DNA from: an uncultured Planctomycetaceae bacterium
GTDB taxonomy: Bacteria > Planctomycetota > Phycisphaerae > SM23-33
DNA length: 64,000 bases
Direction: 5' to 3'
Assembly: GCA_964472875.1 (NCBI GenBank)
Contig: CAYYMD010000005.1
Coordinates: 7,670-71,669 of the forward strand
Positions 9,067 to 18,420 of this stretch are shown one piece after another (position 1 is the stretch's first letter; each line of letters starts with the position of its first letter). The translations under genes were made by a program, and so were the position numbers. The notes beneath the pieces are model-generated. The model was not told the origin of the DNA. It did not search any database and worked only from the letters and a program-made list of their open reading frames with translations.

Positions 9067-10227
9067 ATGAATACCATGTATGCAAGGTCAATTCGGGATC
9101 GTGTTCGGAAAGATGATTATTTTCAGGCGGCGCGTCGGCGCAGGGACACATGGTTAGGCAGCAGACTTAAGCACACTGCGTTTACCCTGGTCGAACTGCT
9201 GGTGGTCATTTTCATAATCGCTATGCTGGTGGCCATACTTGTCCCCAATCTATCCAAAGCCATGAGCGTTTCAAGGCGCGTTCAGTGCGCCAAGCAACTG
9301 CACGACATGGGCGTGGCTGCCGGTGCAATTCGTTCCAGTGGGGACACGGCGTATAACCCAGAACCGCTGTTGACCAAAACTGGCTGGGGAGGGCAACTGT
9401 TGGCCAAACTTAACGAGGAATCCTTTATTTGTCCCGAAGAAGACCCCATGCTGCCCATAGACGCAGTAAGGCATCCGCACCCCATGTCGAATTTGGGGGG
9501 ATACAGCATATACAATAAAGGCCTTGGCCACTATACGCCTTTAGAAGAAGGAGCATGGATGGTCAAACTGTCACAAACACAATTTAATAATGCTAAAAAC
9601 CAGGGTTACTTACGGGACAAGGGGCGGTGGTGGAACCCGTGGACGTATGAACCGGACAACAATCCGGGACATTACTATTTATGCTATGAAGGTATGCGAT
9701 GGAAACAAATATATAATAATCGTCAAGAGAAGGAAGAACCCGACTTTGATGATATAATCATCGAGGTGGAATTACAGCCCGGAGGCGAGACACGCGTTAC
9801 TAGTAGATATCAACCGGGGCCTTGGCCTCCTAATGGATCGACGATATATACGCATGCCATGGTTAACGAGGAGGGGGAAAAGTTTTTCGACCCGCTCAAT
9901 TTCTACCCTACTCCTACTATCTTCGATGTGGACACGGGCATGTGCAGTTACGGCATCAACTATAACGATAATGTCCGCAAGCTGGAAAGTATGGGAAAGA
10001 AGGTGCTTCTGCTGGATTACGAGGCGATGTGCGCGGAAGAGGATGACGAATACTGGGAAACCGGCCAAACGGGGGACCGCGACGGCGATGGGACGCTTGA
10101 CATCGCGCGCCACAGCGGCAAAATGAACGTTCTGTACCTCGACGGATCTGTGGAGGCGAAACGTCCGGAGGAAATCAATCCCCAGGGCGATTCGAAGATT
10201 CGCAACAGGATATGGGAAGAGAACTGA
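9067..10227 (+). CDS. Prepilin-type N-terminal cleavage/methylation domain protein with C-terminal H-X9-DG motif
   Basis: The N-terminal pseudopilin helix is A/FTLVELLVVIFIIAMLVAILVPNLSKA. The C-terminal HSGKMNVLYLDGS is exactly H-X9-DG, the TIGR04294-type motif common in Planctomycetes, Lentisphaerae and Verrucomicrobia. Confidence 0.8.
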   Translation: MNTMYARSIRDRVRKDDYFQAARRRRDTWLGSRLKHTAFTLVELLVVIFIIAMLVAILVPNLSKAMSVSRRVQCAKQLHDMGVAAGAIRSSGDTAYNPEPLLTKTGWGGQLLAKLNEESFICPEEDPMLPIDAVRHPHPMSNLGGYSIYNKGLGHYTPLEEGAWMVKLSQTQFNNAKNQGYLRDKGRWWNPWTYEPDNNPGHYYLCYEGMRWKQIYNNRQEKEEPDFDDIIIEVELQPGGETRVTSRYQPGPWPPNGSTIYTHAMVNEEGEKFFDPLNFYPTPTIFDVDTGMCSYGINYNDNVRKLESMGKKVLLLDYEAMCAEEDDEYWETGQTGDRDGDGTLDIARHSGKMNVLYLDGSVEAKRPEEINPQGDSKIRNRIWEEN

Positions 10228-10281
10228 TTTGTAGTTCACGCGGCGCGGCGCAAAGACAAAGAGCGGAGAAGCGTTAATGTA

Positions 10282-10950
10282 ATGATACAGATGAGCCGTC
10301 GGATGTATATTCTTACAGGCATAGCCGTAGTGCTGGCCTGTGTTGCGGTGTGGACTCTGCTGACGGGAGAGGATATAAATGTAGATGACCCGATCCTGGC
10401 CAAAGTTTTGCGCCTGGAGCAGGAAGGCGATGTGGAAGCGCTTGCCCAAGCAGCCGGGGACGATAACACCCATCTTGCCGCCGAGGCCACAAAGGCCCTG
10501 GGGCGCATGGAAGTTGAAACCATACCACACGTGAAGGAATCCCTGAAAGACCGTCGCCAAAGGGTGCGCGAGGCGGCGGCGGGCGCGATTGGAAACATGG
10601 GCAGGCCCGCCGTGAGAAAATATCCCGGGGTAGTCGCCGACCTCGCACGGGTGGCGATGAATGACGACTCGGTGAATGTCAGGGCTTCGGCTGTGACTGC
10701 CCTCGGCAAGATGCGGGCCCACGAACACATGGAGGCGCTGCTGTCGGCCATGGACGATCCGGACGCTGCGGTCCGCGGGCGGGCGGCAAAGGCCGTTTCC
10801 AGGATTATCGGACGCGAATACGGCTTCAGGGCGAGCGCGCCGCGGGACCGGCGCCGCCAAGTTATTAAAAAGATCAGGGGCATCTGGCCGGAAATCGAAC
10901 CCTATATCCGCGAGTATTATTCCGAGGAATCACATCGCTGGAATGATTAA
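10282..10950 (+). CDS. Membrane-anchored HEAT-repeat protein
   Basis: 222 aa with an N-terminal TM segment (ILTGIAVVLACVAVWTLL). Repeated HEAT-like units follow (VREAAAGAIGNMG; VNVRASAVTALGKM; DPDAAVRGRAAKAVSRI). Confidence 0.7.
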   Translation: MIQMSRRMYILTGIAVVLACVAVWTLLTGEDINVDDPILAKVLRLEQEGDVEALAQAAGDDNTHLAAEATKALGRMEVETIPHVKESLKDRRQRVREAAAGAIGNMGRPAVRKYPGVVADLARVAMNDDSVNVRASAVTALGKMRAHEHMEALLSAMDDPDAAVRGRAAKAVSRIIGREYGFRASAPRDRRRQVIKKIRGIWPEIEPYIREYYSEESHRWND

Positions 10951-11377
10951 CTTAACCCTGTCGCAATGGGTCATAGCAACCGGAGATTTTACCTGCTGCG
11001 CTTCGGTCTGCGCCTGACTGGGGTGATAACTACTATCCGGGGCCCTGTTGCATCTCAGAGTTGAGACCGCGATTTGCCGCTGTACTTGCGGCGGAGGCGC
11101 TTAAGTATATCCAGGGCGGCCATTTGGATAACCGACGACCTGCCCGCCGACTGGTTTTCAAAAAGGTTGGCAGGCGGGTTCGTTCCATATGCTTAGATTT
11201 TTTTTGGCGCGGTAAGTCAAGTCGCGAGGCAGTTGCGCCAGCTGCACAATGGTGCTGCAATGGCCGATGGTTATAGCCGTGACCAAGTCACGAAAACGGT
11301 CCTATGCAGGTCCGACGAAGTGCTTGCATATGTGGTGAAAAAATTTTTTAACTTCCGCCGGAATCTCGCCGATGGTG

Positions 11378-11397
11378 GATTCCGGCGCGCCGGGATT
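11378..11397. repeat. Imperfect copy of the dispersed palindromic element (GATTCCGGCGCGCCGGGATT)
   Basis: Read directly from the sequence. The perfect 12-nt core CCGGCGCGCCGG is flanked by ATT/AAT-type arms. It is related to the elements at 18325-18344 and 21367-21382. Confidence 0.6.
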
Positions 11398-11515
11398 CCT
11401 TCAATAAGTCTTTCTGCAAAAATGCCATATCAGCAGTTGCAGCCGCGTTTATTTTGTGCTAATCACCATCGATATTTCCTAAGTGGGGAAGTTTGGAGAT
11501 ATGGAGAGTAAATTA

Positions 11516-12580
11516 ATGAATCACAAAGAACGCGTGCATACAGCTATACGTCACGAAATACCTGACATTACGCCCAAAGGCGATTTGGCAATCGAGGAAA
11601 AGCTTATTCGCAGCATTATCGGTCGGGTCCATTACGGGCGGATGAGCGCTAACGAGCGACTGCTTGCGACCTGGAACCGCCTGGGCGCCGACCTGGTCAA
11701 CATACATGAGTTCCCGATGGAACGGGTCGGGCGGACTGATTCGGGAAGTCCTATATTCCGCTCTGTTCTGGGCGACGAACATGTCATGGCGCCGGGCGCC
11801 TGCCGACTGCACCGGCCTGCAATGTCCGACATCGCGGAGGCCGAGCGATATGAAACCCCGGATGCCTCAACATGCAAAAGCGACTCTCTGGACTGGTTCG
11901 TCGCCAACAGCGATCTGTTTGTCTTCGCCCAGATCATGGGCCCGGTAAGCGCTCTGGACTGGATGCTGGGCACGGAGGATTTCCTCGTATATTGCATGAC
12001 CGAAACGAATTCCGTCCGGGACCTGATGGAGAAGGTAGCCAACTACGAAATCACTCGGGCTAAAATTTTTCTCGACCACGGCGCCGATGCGATTATGATT
12101 ACTGACGACATCGCATACAACGGCGGATTATTCCTGCCGCCGAGGATTATGGAAGAATTGGTTTGGGATCTGTACGTTCACATGTTGAGCGAGATAAAGA
12201 ACTGTCACAAAGCGCCGGTTTTTTTGCACACCGATGGCGATATCCGCGAGGTGCTTGGGAACATAGTCAAATGTGGATTTGACGGTCTGCATTCGCTGCA
12301 ACCTAGCGCAGGCATGGACATAGTGCAGGTCAAGCGCGACTTTGGCAATCGGCTTTGCCTGATGGGCAATATGGACCTGAATCACCTTATGCCTTATGGT
12401 GCGCCGGAAGAGGTAAGCAGGCAGGCAAAGTGGTTGTGCGAAACTATTGGCGGCAACGGCGGTTTCATTCTCGCAACGTGTAATGTGCTGACCGGTGCAA
12501 TCCCACTTGAAAACGTTTACGCCATGTATGGGGTTTCACCGCCGGACGGCAGTGAAACAGCCACCAGGAAAAATACATGA
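11516..12580 (+). CDS. Uroporphyrinogen decarboxylase (URO-D) family protein, MtaA/CmuA-like
   Basis: The track ORF starts at a GTG at 11483. The ATG at 11516 has the best RBS (GGAGAG, 7 nt upstream). The URO-D-fold pattern is DADAIMITDDIAYNGGLFLPPRIMEEL...FLHTDGDIREVL...GFDGLHSLQP...GNMD. The ATGA stop/start overlaps the downstream symporter. Confidence 0.7.
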   Translation: MNHKERVHTAIRHEIPDITPKGDLAIEEKLIRSIIGRVHYGRMSANERLLATWNRLGADLVNIHEFPMERVGRTDSGSPIFRSVLGDEHVMAPGACRLHRPAMSDIAEAERYETPDASTCKSDSLDWFVANSDLFVFAQIMGPVSALDWMLGTEDFLVYCMTETNSVRDLMEKVANYEITRAKIFLDHGADAIMITDDIAYNGGLFLPPRIMEELVWDLYVHMLSEIKNCHKAPVFLHTDGDIREVLGNIVKCGFDGLHSLQPSAGMDIVQVKRDFGNRLCLMGNMDLNHLMPYGAPEEVSRQAKWLCETIGGNGGFILATCNVLTGAIPLENVYAMYGVSPPDGSETATRKNT

Positions 12581-14409
12581 CCATAATCGATACAATTGTA
12601 ATAGTTTTGTATTTAATAGGCATCGTTGCGGTGGGAGTGTATTTCTACCGCCTTTCGTCGAGGGGGACGCGGGCCTACTTCTTAGGGGGCAATAAGCTGC
12701 CGTGGTGGGCACTTGCAGCATCGGGCTCCGCGTCAAACTATGATGTGACAGGAACAATGTTCCTGGTCTCGCTGTTTTACGTAGTCGGGCTACGTAGTTT
12801 CTGGATGCTGTGGAGTTGGCAGTTCATGTCTGCGGCATTCCTGATGTCCTATATGGCTATATGGATCCGACGAACGAGGGTTATGACGGCCGTGGAACTT
12901 CTTCACATCCGCTTCGGAGCGGGCCCCGGTGGACGCATGGCTCGCACAGCCGGGGCCGTGTTAATGGTTACATTCCTGGTTTTCTCGATAGGTTATGCAT
13001 TCGTAGGTATAAGCAAGTTCCTGCCCCACGTGATCCCGGAATGGATACCCGGCAACGGGCGAATATGGGCGGTCGTGATAATGCTGTTGACTACCGTGTA
13101 CGTAACAGTGGGCGGCCTATCCGGCGTTGTGGTAACCGACCTCATACAGGCCGTGCTGATGAGCGTGGGCGGGATTCTTGTAGGGGTAATTGTTTTCATG
13201 AAACTCGACCTCTCAACCGTAGCCACCCTGCACGAACGTTTCGATACCAATATGCTTCCGCAGGCACAACTGTCGATGCCCCCCGGATATGAAACATGGA
13301 ATGACTTTGGCATCCTGTGCCTGTTCTGGTTTGCCGCTGGACTGTTGCTGAACATGAGCGGAGCCGGCGGACACTACCAGGAGCAAAGGTTTCTCGCTAC
13401 AAGGTCGGCGGGCGACTCCGCTCGCGCAGGTTGTGCATGGGGCATTTTTCTGATTCCACGCTGGGCCATGGTCGCCGGCTTCTGCTACATCGCTGCGACG
13501 GGAATGGCCGGCGCAGACGACCCGGAGCAGATTCTGCCGGTTGTGTTAATGGAAATGATTCCCGCCGGTCTTCGCGGCCTGCTTCTGGCGGCTTTTCTTG
13601 CGGCATTCATGTCCACATTCAGCTCTTACGTCAACGCTGCGGCTTCAATGGTTATCCGTGACCTGCTGCATCCTTTCATGCCGCGGATGAAAGACAGAAG
13701 CCAGGTTCTGGCTGGTTATATTGTCAGCGTAATGGCGGTTGCCTTAGGCATAATAATCGGCTTTAACGCCGAATCGATTAAAAATATATGGGTCTGGATG
13801 ATTATCGGGCTTATAGGCGGTTCTTTGATACCGAACGTGCTGCGCTGGCACTGGCACAGATTGAACGGATGGGGTTACTCTGCAGGTATATTCCTGGGCC
13901 TGATAACTGCGATGGCGGTGCGGTGCGGCCTGTTCGGCAAGGACCCTGCCGAGTATGTTTACGCACCGGTGGTCTGGATTATGACCTTGATCGGATGTGT
14001 GGCGGGATCACTTCTGACCCGCCCGGCGCCCACAAAGGTGCTGGAACGCTTCTACCGGACAGTCAGGCCGTTCGGATTCTGGGGGCCGGTCAAGAGGAAG
14101 GTCAATGCCACACCTCCTATCGGCGGCGTGGATTCTTCGCCCCTGCGCATAGCAGGTAATGTAGTGGTGGCTACAGTCAGTCTTATCAGCGCTTTCCTGG
14201 CCACATTTTTTATCGTGGGACATTATCTGCTGGCATCGATAATAACATTAATCACGGCTCTAACCGGTAGTGTTATACTCTATTTAACCTGGTACCGCCC
14301 GCTGGTTGCCGGTGAAAAGACCATAGATGATCCGCAGAAGCGGGAAAGCGAGAACACCGTCCGCTATTTTAAGATTAATCCTGAAGACTCTGAAGGCCGT
14401 AATCAATGA
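12577..14409 (+). CDS. Sodium:solute symporter (SSF) family transporter
   Basis: 610 aa and polytopic (about 13-14 TM). The N-terminal YFLGGNKLPWWALAASGSASNYDVTGTMF pattern is typical of SSF. It overlaps both neighbours by ATGA. Confidence 0.85.
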   Translation: MTIIDTIVIVLYLIGIVAVGVYFYRLSSRGTRAYFLGGNKLPWWALAASGSASNYDVTGTMFLVSLFYVVGLRSFWMLWSWQFMSAAFLMSYMAIWIRRTRVMTAVELLHIRFGAGPGGRMARTAGAVLMVTFLVFSIGYAFVGISKFLPHVIPEWIPGNGRIWAVVIMLLTTVYVTVGGLSGVVVTDLIQAVLMSVGGILVGVIVFMKLDLSTVATLHERFDTNMLPQAQLSMPPGYETWNDFGILCLFWFAAGLLLNMSGAGGHYQEQRFLATRSAGDSARAGCAWGIFLIPRWAMVAGFCYIAATGMAGADDPEQILPVVLMEMIPAGLRGLLLAAFLAAFMSTFSSYVNAAASMVIRDLLHPFMPRMKDRSQVLAGYIVSVMAVALGIIIGFNAESIKNIWVWMIIGLIGGSLIPNVLRWHWHRLNGWGYSAGIFLGLITAMAVRCGLFGKDPAEYVYAPVVWIMTLIGCVAGSLLTRPAPTKVLERFYRTVRPFGFWGPVKRKVNATPPIGGVDSSPLRIAGNVVVATVSLISAFLATFFIVGHYLLASIITLITALTGSVILYLTWYRPLVAGEKTIDDPQKRESENTVRYFKINPEDSEGRNQ

Positions 14410-17400
14410 AACAAACAAAAGGCATAGAGAAAATAATCGACAAGTGGCGCGGACTAATCAAGAGTAAAAAGCGGGCTATTATCAGTTTTGAAGAAATTAT
14501 CCAAGGCCGCATAGAATCACTGAAACCCTGGATATATCCCGACAGCGAACCACTGGAGGGGTGGACTTACCGGCAGTTTAAATATGACCGCCACGGCAAT
14601 CGCACCTTTGTGGATGACGAATGGCGGCCGATCCGTCCCGGCGATACCTGGGGCGGCGAGGACATGAGCGCCTATTTCCGCTGCAAGGCCTCTATTCCAG
14701 AACGGTTCAGGGGCAGAACCGTAGTGCTCAAATTATATTTTAGCGGAGACGGCCTGCTCAGAGTCAACGGCGACGCATTCCACGGTCTAGACCCGTTTCG
14801 CGACACTATATTTATGACCGAAAACGCCCAAGGTGACGAGTGCTTCGACTTGGAAGCGGAATCGTACATTATGTGGCACTTCGGCGAGGGCACCGTTAAA
14901 CATTTTGAAATCTCACAGTGGGCCGTTTTTGACCGAGAGCTTCACGAGGCGTATTGGGATCTAAAGACCGTTTTCAACCTAATGATGTCGGAGAAGACAA
15001 ACCCTGATGTCGTTAATTTTATCCGCAAGCACCTGGACGACTCCACCCGTCACATCGATCAGCGATGCGAAGACGGGGCGACAGTGCGTGAAATGGCGGT
15101 CCGGGCCCGGAAAATTATAAGAGAGAAAGTATATTCCTGCGACAGTTTCCGCCACGAGGGACTCTTGCACCTTACCGGCAATTCTCATCTTGATCTTGTT
15201 TACCTTTGGACACACGCTGAGTTTATCCGCAAGATAGGGCGCTCCCACGCCACGGCCCTGCGGCTGATGGAGCGATACCCCGAATACATATTTACCCAAA
15301 GTCAGCCCCACATGTATGATCAAATGAAGCGCCACTACCCGGAACTTTTCGAACAGGTTAAGCGGCGAATCGCCGAGGGTCGCTGGGAGGCCATAGGAGC
15401 GTTCTGGGTCGAGCCGGATTGCAACCTGATATCCGGGGAGTCAATGGTTCGCCAGATTATGCATGGTGTTGCCTATTACCAGAAAGAGTTCGGAGTCACG
15501 CCGCGGACCGCGTGGATTCCGGATGTCTTCGGCAACGCCTGGACCATGCCACAAATACTCGTCAAGTGCGGCCTGGAGTTCTTCGTAACGCACAAGATGA
15601 GCATCTGGAACGACACCAATGCGTGGACAAAGAACGTGTTCTGGTGGGAGGGCCCCGACGGATCACGTATATTCTCGCACGTGCCCACCACACATTTTAT
15701 CGGAACGGCAGAACCGGACCACTTGCAGGAGCACTGGGAAAGATTCTCCGATAAAGTGGAAATCGGCGAGTCCCTTTACTGCTATGGGTGGGGCGACGGC
15801 GGTGGCGGTCCGGATGCGGAAATGCTGGAATATTGCTGTCGTTACAGGTCGCTGCCGGGGCTCGTTCCATGCCGCAACTCCACGGTTGAGGATGCTCTGG
15901 AAAGCATGCGCGAGCGAGCCGAAAATGCCGATATACCTGTTATCAACGACGAACTCTACCTCGAAGAACATCGTGGCGTTAACACCACCAAGGGGCGACT
16001 CAAGAAATTGAACCGCTACTGCGAGCATCTGTACCGCAAGGCCGAATTGTTCAACTGTTTCTGCCGCGTTGCGTATCCGGCTGAAAGACTCCGTCAGGGC
16101 TGGCGGGAAGTTCTCGTCAACCAATTCCACGATTCACTGCCGGGGACACATGACTCGCGTTCTTACCTAGACATTCTGGAGTCCTATGACAGGGCGGTCG
16201 CCATTGGTCGGCAAGAGCTTCAAAATGCCCTGGAAGACATCATATCGCAAATCGACACCGACGGTCCGGGCCGGGCAGCCGTGATCTTCAATTCACTGCC
16301 GGCACCGCGGGACACCCGCGTCTCGATCCCGTGCGAACTTCCGGCCGCAACCGTGCTGGACCGCCGAGGAAATGAGATCCCCTGCCAGTTCAGCACAGAT
16401 TACCAAACGCACCAGCGAACACTTGAGTTTGAAGTAACCGATTTGCCTCCTGTTGGTTATGAGGTTTACCATATATTGGACAAACAGGAGGGTACGCACC
16501 GACCACGTCTCGAGTGTTACTATGGAGACAATGGTGAGATAATCCTCAATAACGAGCATATTCGAGCGGTAATCGATCAGGAGGGATGTATTGCCTCTCT
16601 GACGGACAAAAGCACCGGACGCGAGTTCATAGATACCCGCCGACGGGCAAACGTTTTCAAGCTTTACGAGGACATCCCCGGTACGTTCGATGCCTGGGAC
16701 ATAGAGGAACACTACACCAGCCACGAGTTCGACATGGGCACTGCCAAGGTGGCCATTCTTGAACAGGGTCCAGTAAAGGCGGTGGTCGAGGTCAACCGTT
16801 GTTTCCGTAATTCGCAACTTCGGCAGCAAATAGTACTGGGTGCGCAGGCCCGTCGCTTGGACTTTTGTACGTGGGTGGACTGGAAAGAACAGCGCAAACT
16901 GCTGAAGGTGCGTTTCCATACAAATATTCGCAGCCGAACGGCTACATATGACATCCCCTACGGAAACATTGAACGCCCTACTACAAGGAACAATTCTTAC
17001 GAGGCCGCCAAGTTTGAAGTACCCGGCCACGAGTGGATGGACCTTTCACAGGCCGATAGGGGCCTGAGCCTGCTGACAGATTCTAAATACGGATACGAGG
17101 CGCTCGGCTGTATGATATCGCTGTCGCTACTGAAAGGCCCCTTGTACCCAGACCCAACCTCGGATCAGGAGGAACATTACTTCACGTATTCATTGTATCC
17201 CCACGCAGACGGATGGCGGCGAACGGATACGATAGGGCAGGCCGCCGATTTGAACGACCCTGTGGAAGTTGTTATGTCCGAGCCGCATACGGGGCAAGCT
17301 CCCACCAGACGTTCATTTCTTCGGATGCAGGGTGAAGGCGTTACGCTGGAGGCAGTCAAGCAGGCCGAGAATGCCGATGGTGTAATTGTGCGCGTGGTCG

Positions 17401-17585
17401 AGCGACATGGCGGTGAGAAAACCGTTACACTCGAATTGTATGGAAATTTCGGATCAGTTTGCGAGTGCGACCTTCTTGAACGTGATGGGCAACCTCTGTC
17501 CAAAAATGCGGCCGGAAAAGTGTCGCTGGCTATCCGTCCCTACGAGATAAAGACACTGAGATTCACCAACGGACCTGCCGACTGA
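14406..17585 (+). CDS. Glycoside hydrolase family 38 alpha-mannosidase
   Basis: 1059 aa. The N-terminal catalytic pattern is LTGNSHLDLVYLWT...FTQSQPHMY...WVEPDCNLISGES, with QFHDSLPGT in the central domain. No signal peptide is apparent, so it is likely cytoplasmic. Confidence 0.85.
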   Translation: MKQTKGIEKIIDKWRGLIKSKKRAIISFEEIIQGRIESLKPWIYPDSEPLEGWTYRQFKYDRHGNRTFVDDEWRPIRPGDTWGGEDMSAYFRCKASIPERFRGRTVVLKLYFSGDGLLRVNGDAFHGLDPFRDTIFMTENAQGDECFDLEAESYIMWHFGEGTVKHFEISQWAVFDRELHEAYWDLKTVFNLMMSEKTNPDVVNFIRKHLDDSTRHIDQRCEDGATVREMAVRARKIIREKVYSCDSFRHEGLLHLTGNSHLDLVYLWTHAEFIRKIGRSHATALRLMERYPEYIFTQSQPHMYDQMKRHYPELFEQVKRRIAEGRWEAIGAFWVEPDCNLISGESMVRQIMHGVAYYQKEFGVTPRTAWIPDVFGNAWTMPQILVKCGLEFFVTHKMSIWNDTNAWTKNVFWWEGPDGSRIFSHVPTTHFIGTAEPDHLQEHWERFSDKVEIGESLYCYGWGDGGGGPDAEMLEYCCRYRSLPGLVPCRNSTVEDALESMRERAENADIPVINDELYLEEHRGVNTTKGRLKKLNRYCEHLYRKAELFNCFCRVAYPAERLRQGWREVLVNQFHDSLPGTHDSRSYLDILESYDRAVAIGRQELQNALEDIISQIDTDGPGRAAVIFNSLPAPRDTRVSIPCELPAATVLDRRGNEIPCQFSTDYQTHQRTLEFEVTDLPPVGYEVYHILDKQEGTHRPRLECYYGDNGEIILNNEHIRAVIDQEGCIASLTDKSTGREFIDTRRRANVFKLYEDIPGTFDAWDIEEHYTSHEFDMGTAKVAILEQGPVKAVVEVNRCFRNSQLRQQIVLGAQARRLDFCTWVDWKEQRKLLKVRFHTNIRSRTATYDIPYGNIERPTTRNNSYEAAKFEVPGHEWMDLSQADRGLSLLTDSKYGYEALGCMISLSLLKGPLYPDPTSDQEEHYFTYSLYPHADGWRRTDTIGQAADLNDPVEVVMSEPHTGQAPTRRSFLRMQGEGVTLEAVKQAENADGVIVRVVERHGGEKTVTLELYGNFGSVCECDLLERDGQPLSKNAAGKVSLAIRPYEIKTLRFTNGPAD

Positions 17586-17752
17586 CACCCACGAGACTCC
17601 GCCTTCAATAATAACCATAACCAAAACTAATAAATCTTTTCCGAGCCGATTGCTCTGGCTGTAAATGACTGCCGCAAGGGGAATAAACTGCCATGGTTTA
17701 AAACCACGTAGCATTGCTGCTACGGATTTCGCCCGTCCGCCTGCTCCAAAGT

Positions 17753-18420
17753 GGTTTGGGATTTGGGTATTTGGGATTTGTTTCGCATTTCGATATCAGT
17801 ATTTCGGATTTTCATATTCTCCCATCCGGCCGTGTTTGTAAGCGCCCACTGTCAAGGGGGGGATGTTTTTTTCAATATGTTGCGTTATTATCCCCGCATT
17901 CACATGCGACAGCGGGGGCTTACTAAAATTACAAAAAACGCGTGCGGCCCTGCGGCCGAATTACGAATGACGAAATTCGAATGTCGAATCAATGACGAAT
18001 GCACGAATTACGAAACAAATCCGAAATCCCGACGGGACCTTTGGGCCCGGAGGGGCCGTCGGTCCGAAATTCGAAATATGTTTATCCCCTGCATCCCTGC
18101 TGATTTGCGCGCGCAGTTTGTCCGCGGAATCGGCCATAGCGCCCGAAAAAATAAAATTTTTTATGTCTTCTCCCGGCCGTGGGTTACGAATTCCGCATAC
18201 GCCCAACAGGCGCGGTTTGCGCGCGCAAAGGCGTTGTTTCGTCCAAGTATGGAGGGAAAAGTAAAAACTTAAAACTAAAAACTGAAAACTTAAATGCTGC
18301 CCGTCGCCATGGTGAAAAATGACCAATCCCGGCGCGCCGGGATTCCCAATGTCCAATTTCCTTACAAAAAACGCCGCGGGGCGGGCGGATCTGAAATCTC
18401 AAATTTTAAATTTCAAATTC
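17753..18420. repeat. Cluster of degenerate short tandem motifs, palindromes and an inverted 12-mer in a gene-free region
   Basis: Read directly. TTTGGGA/T occurs x3 (17754-17779) and ATTTCG x3 (17785-17808). CGAAT/GAAAT-type units run across 17961-18080. The 12-mer CGAAACAAATCC (18011-18022) is the reverse complement of 17777-17788. TTTGCGCGCGCAAA is a 14-nt palindrome at about 18207-18220. AAAACTNA occurs x4 (18262-18292). GAAATCTCAAATTTTAAATTTCAAATTC lies at 18392-18420. Confidence 0.6.
18325..18344. repeat. Perfect 20-nt palindrome AATCCCGGCGCGCCGGGATT (dispersed element, best copy)
   Basis: Read directly. The sequence is self-complementary over all 20 nt. Confidence 0.75.

Noticed and set aside
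9772-10883. A 362-aa minus-strand ORF and a 215-aa minus-strand ORF spanning the pseudopilin/HEAT-repeat gene junction.
   Set aside because: They cross an intergenic gap and have no motifs and a biased composition. The plus-strand genes have strong signatures (prepilin helix, H-X9-DG, HEAT repeats).
10951-11515. A possible cobalamin or other riboswitch upstream of the URO-D/MtaA-like gene.
   Set aside because: I could find no B12-box-like core or conserved multi-stem architecture by eye. Only the short palindromic element and a T-run are present. An Infernal/Rfam scan is needed to exclude one.
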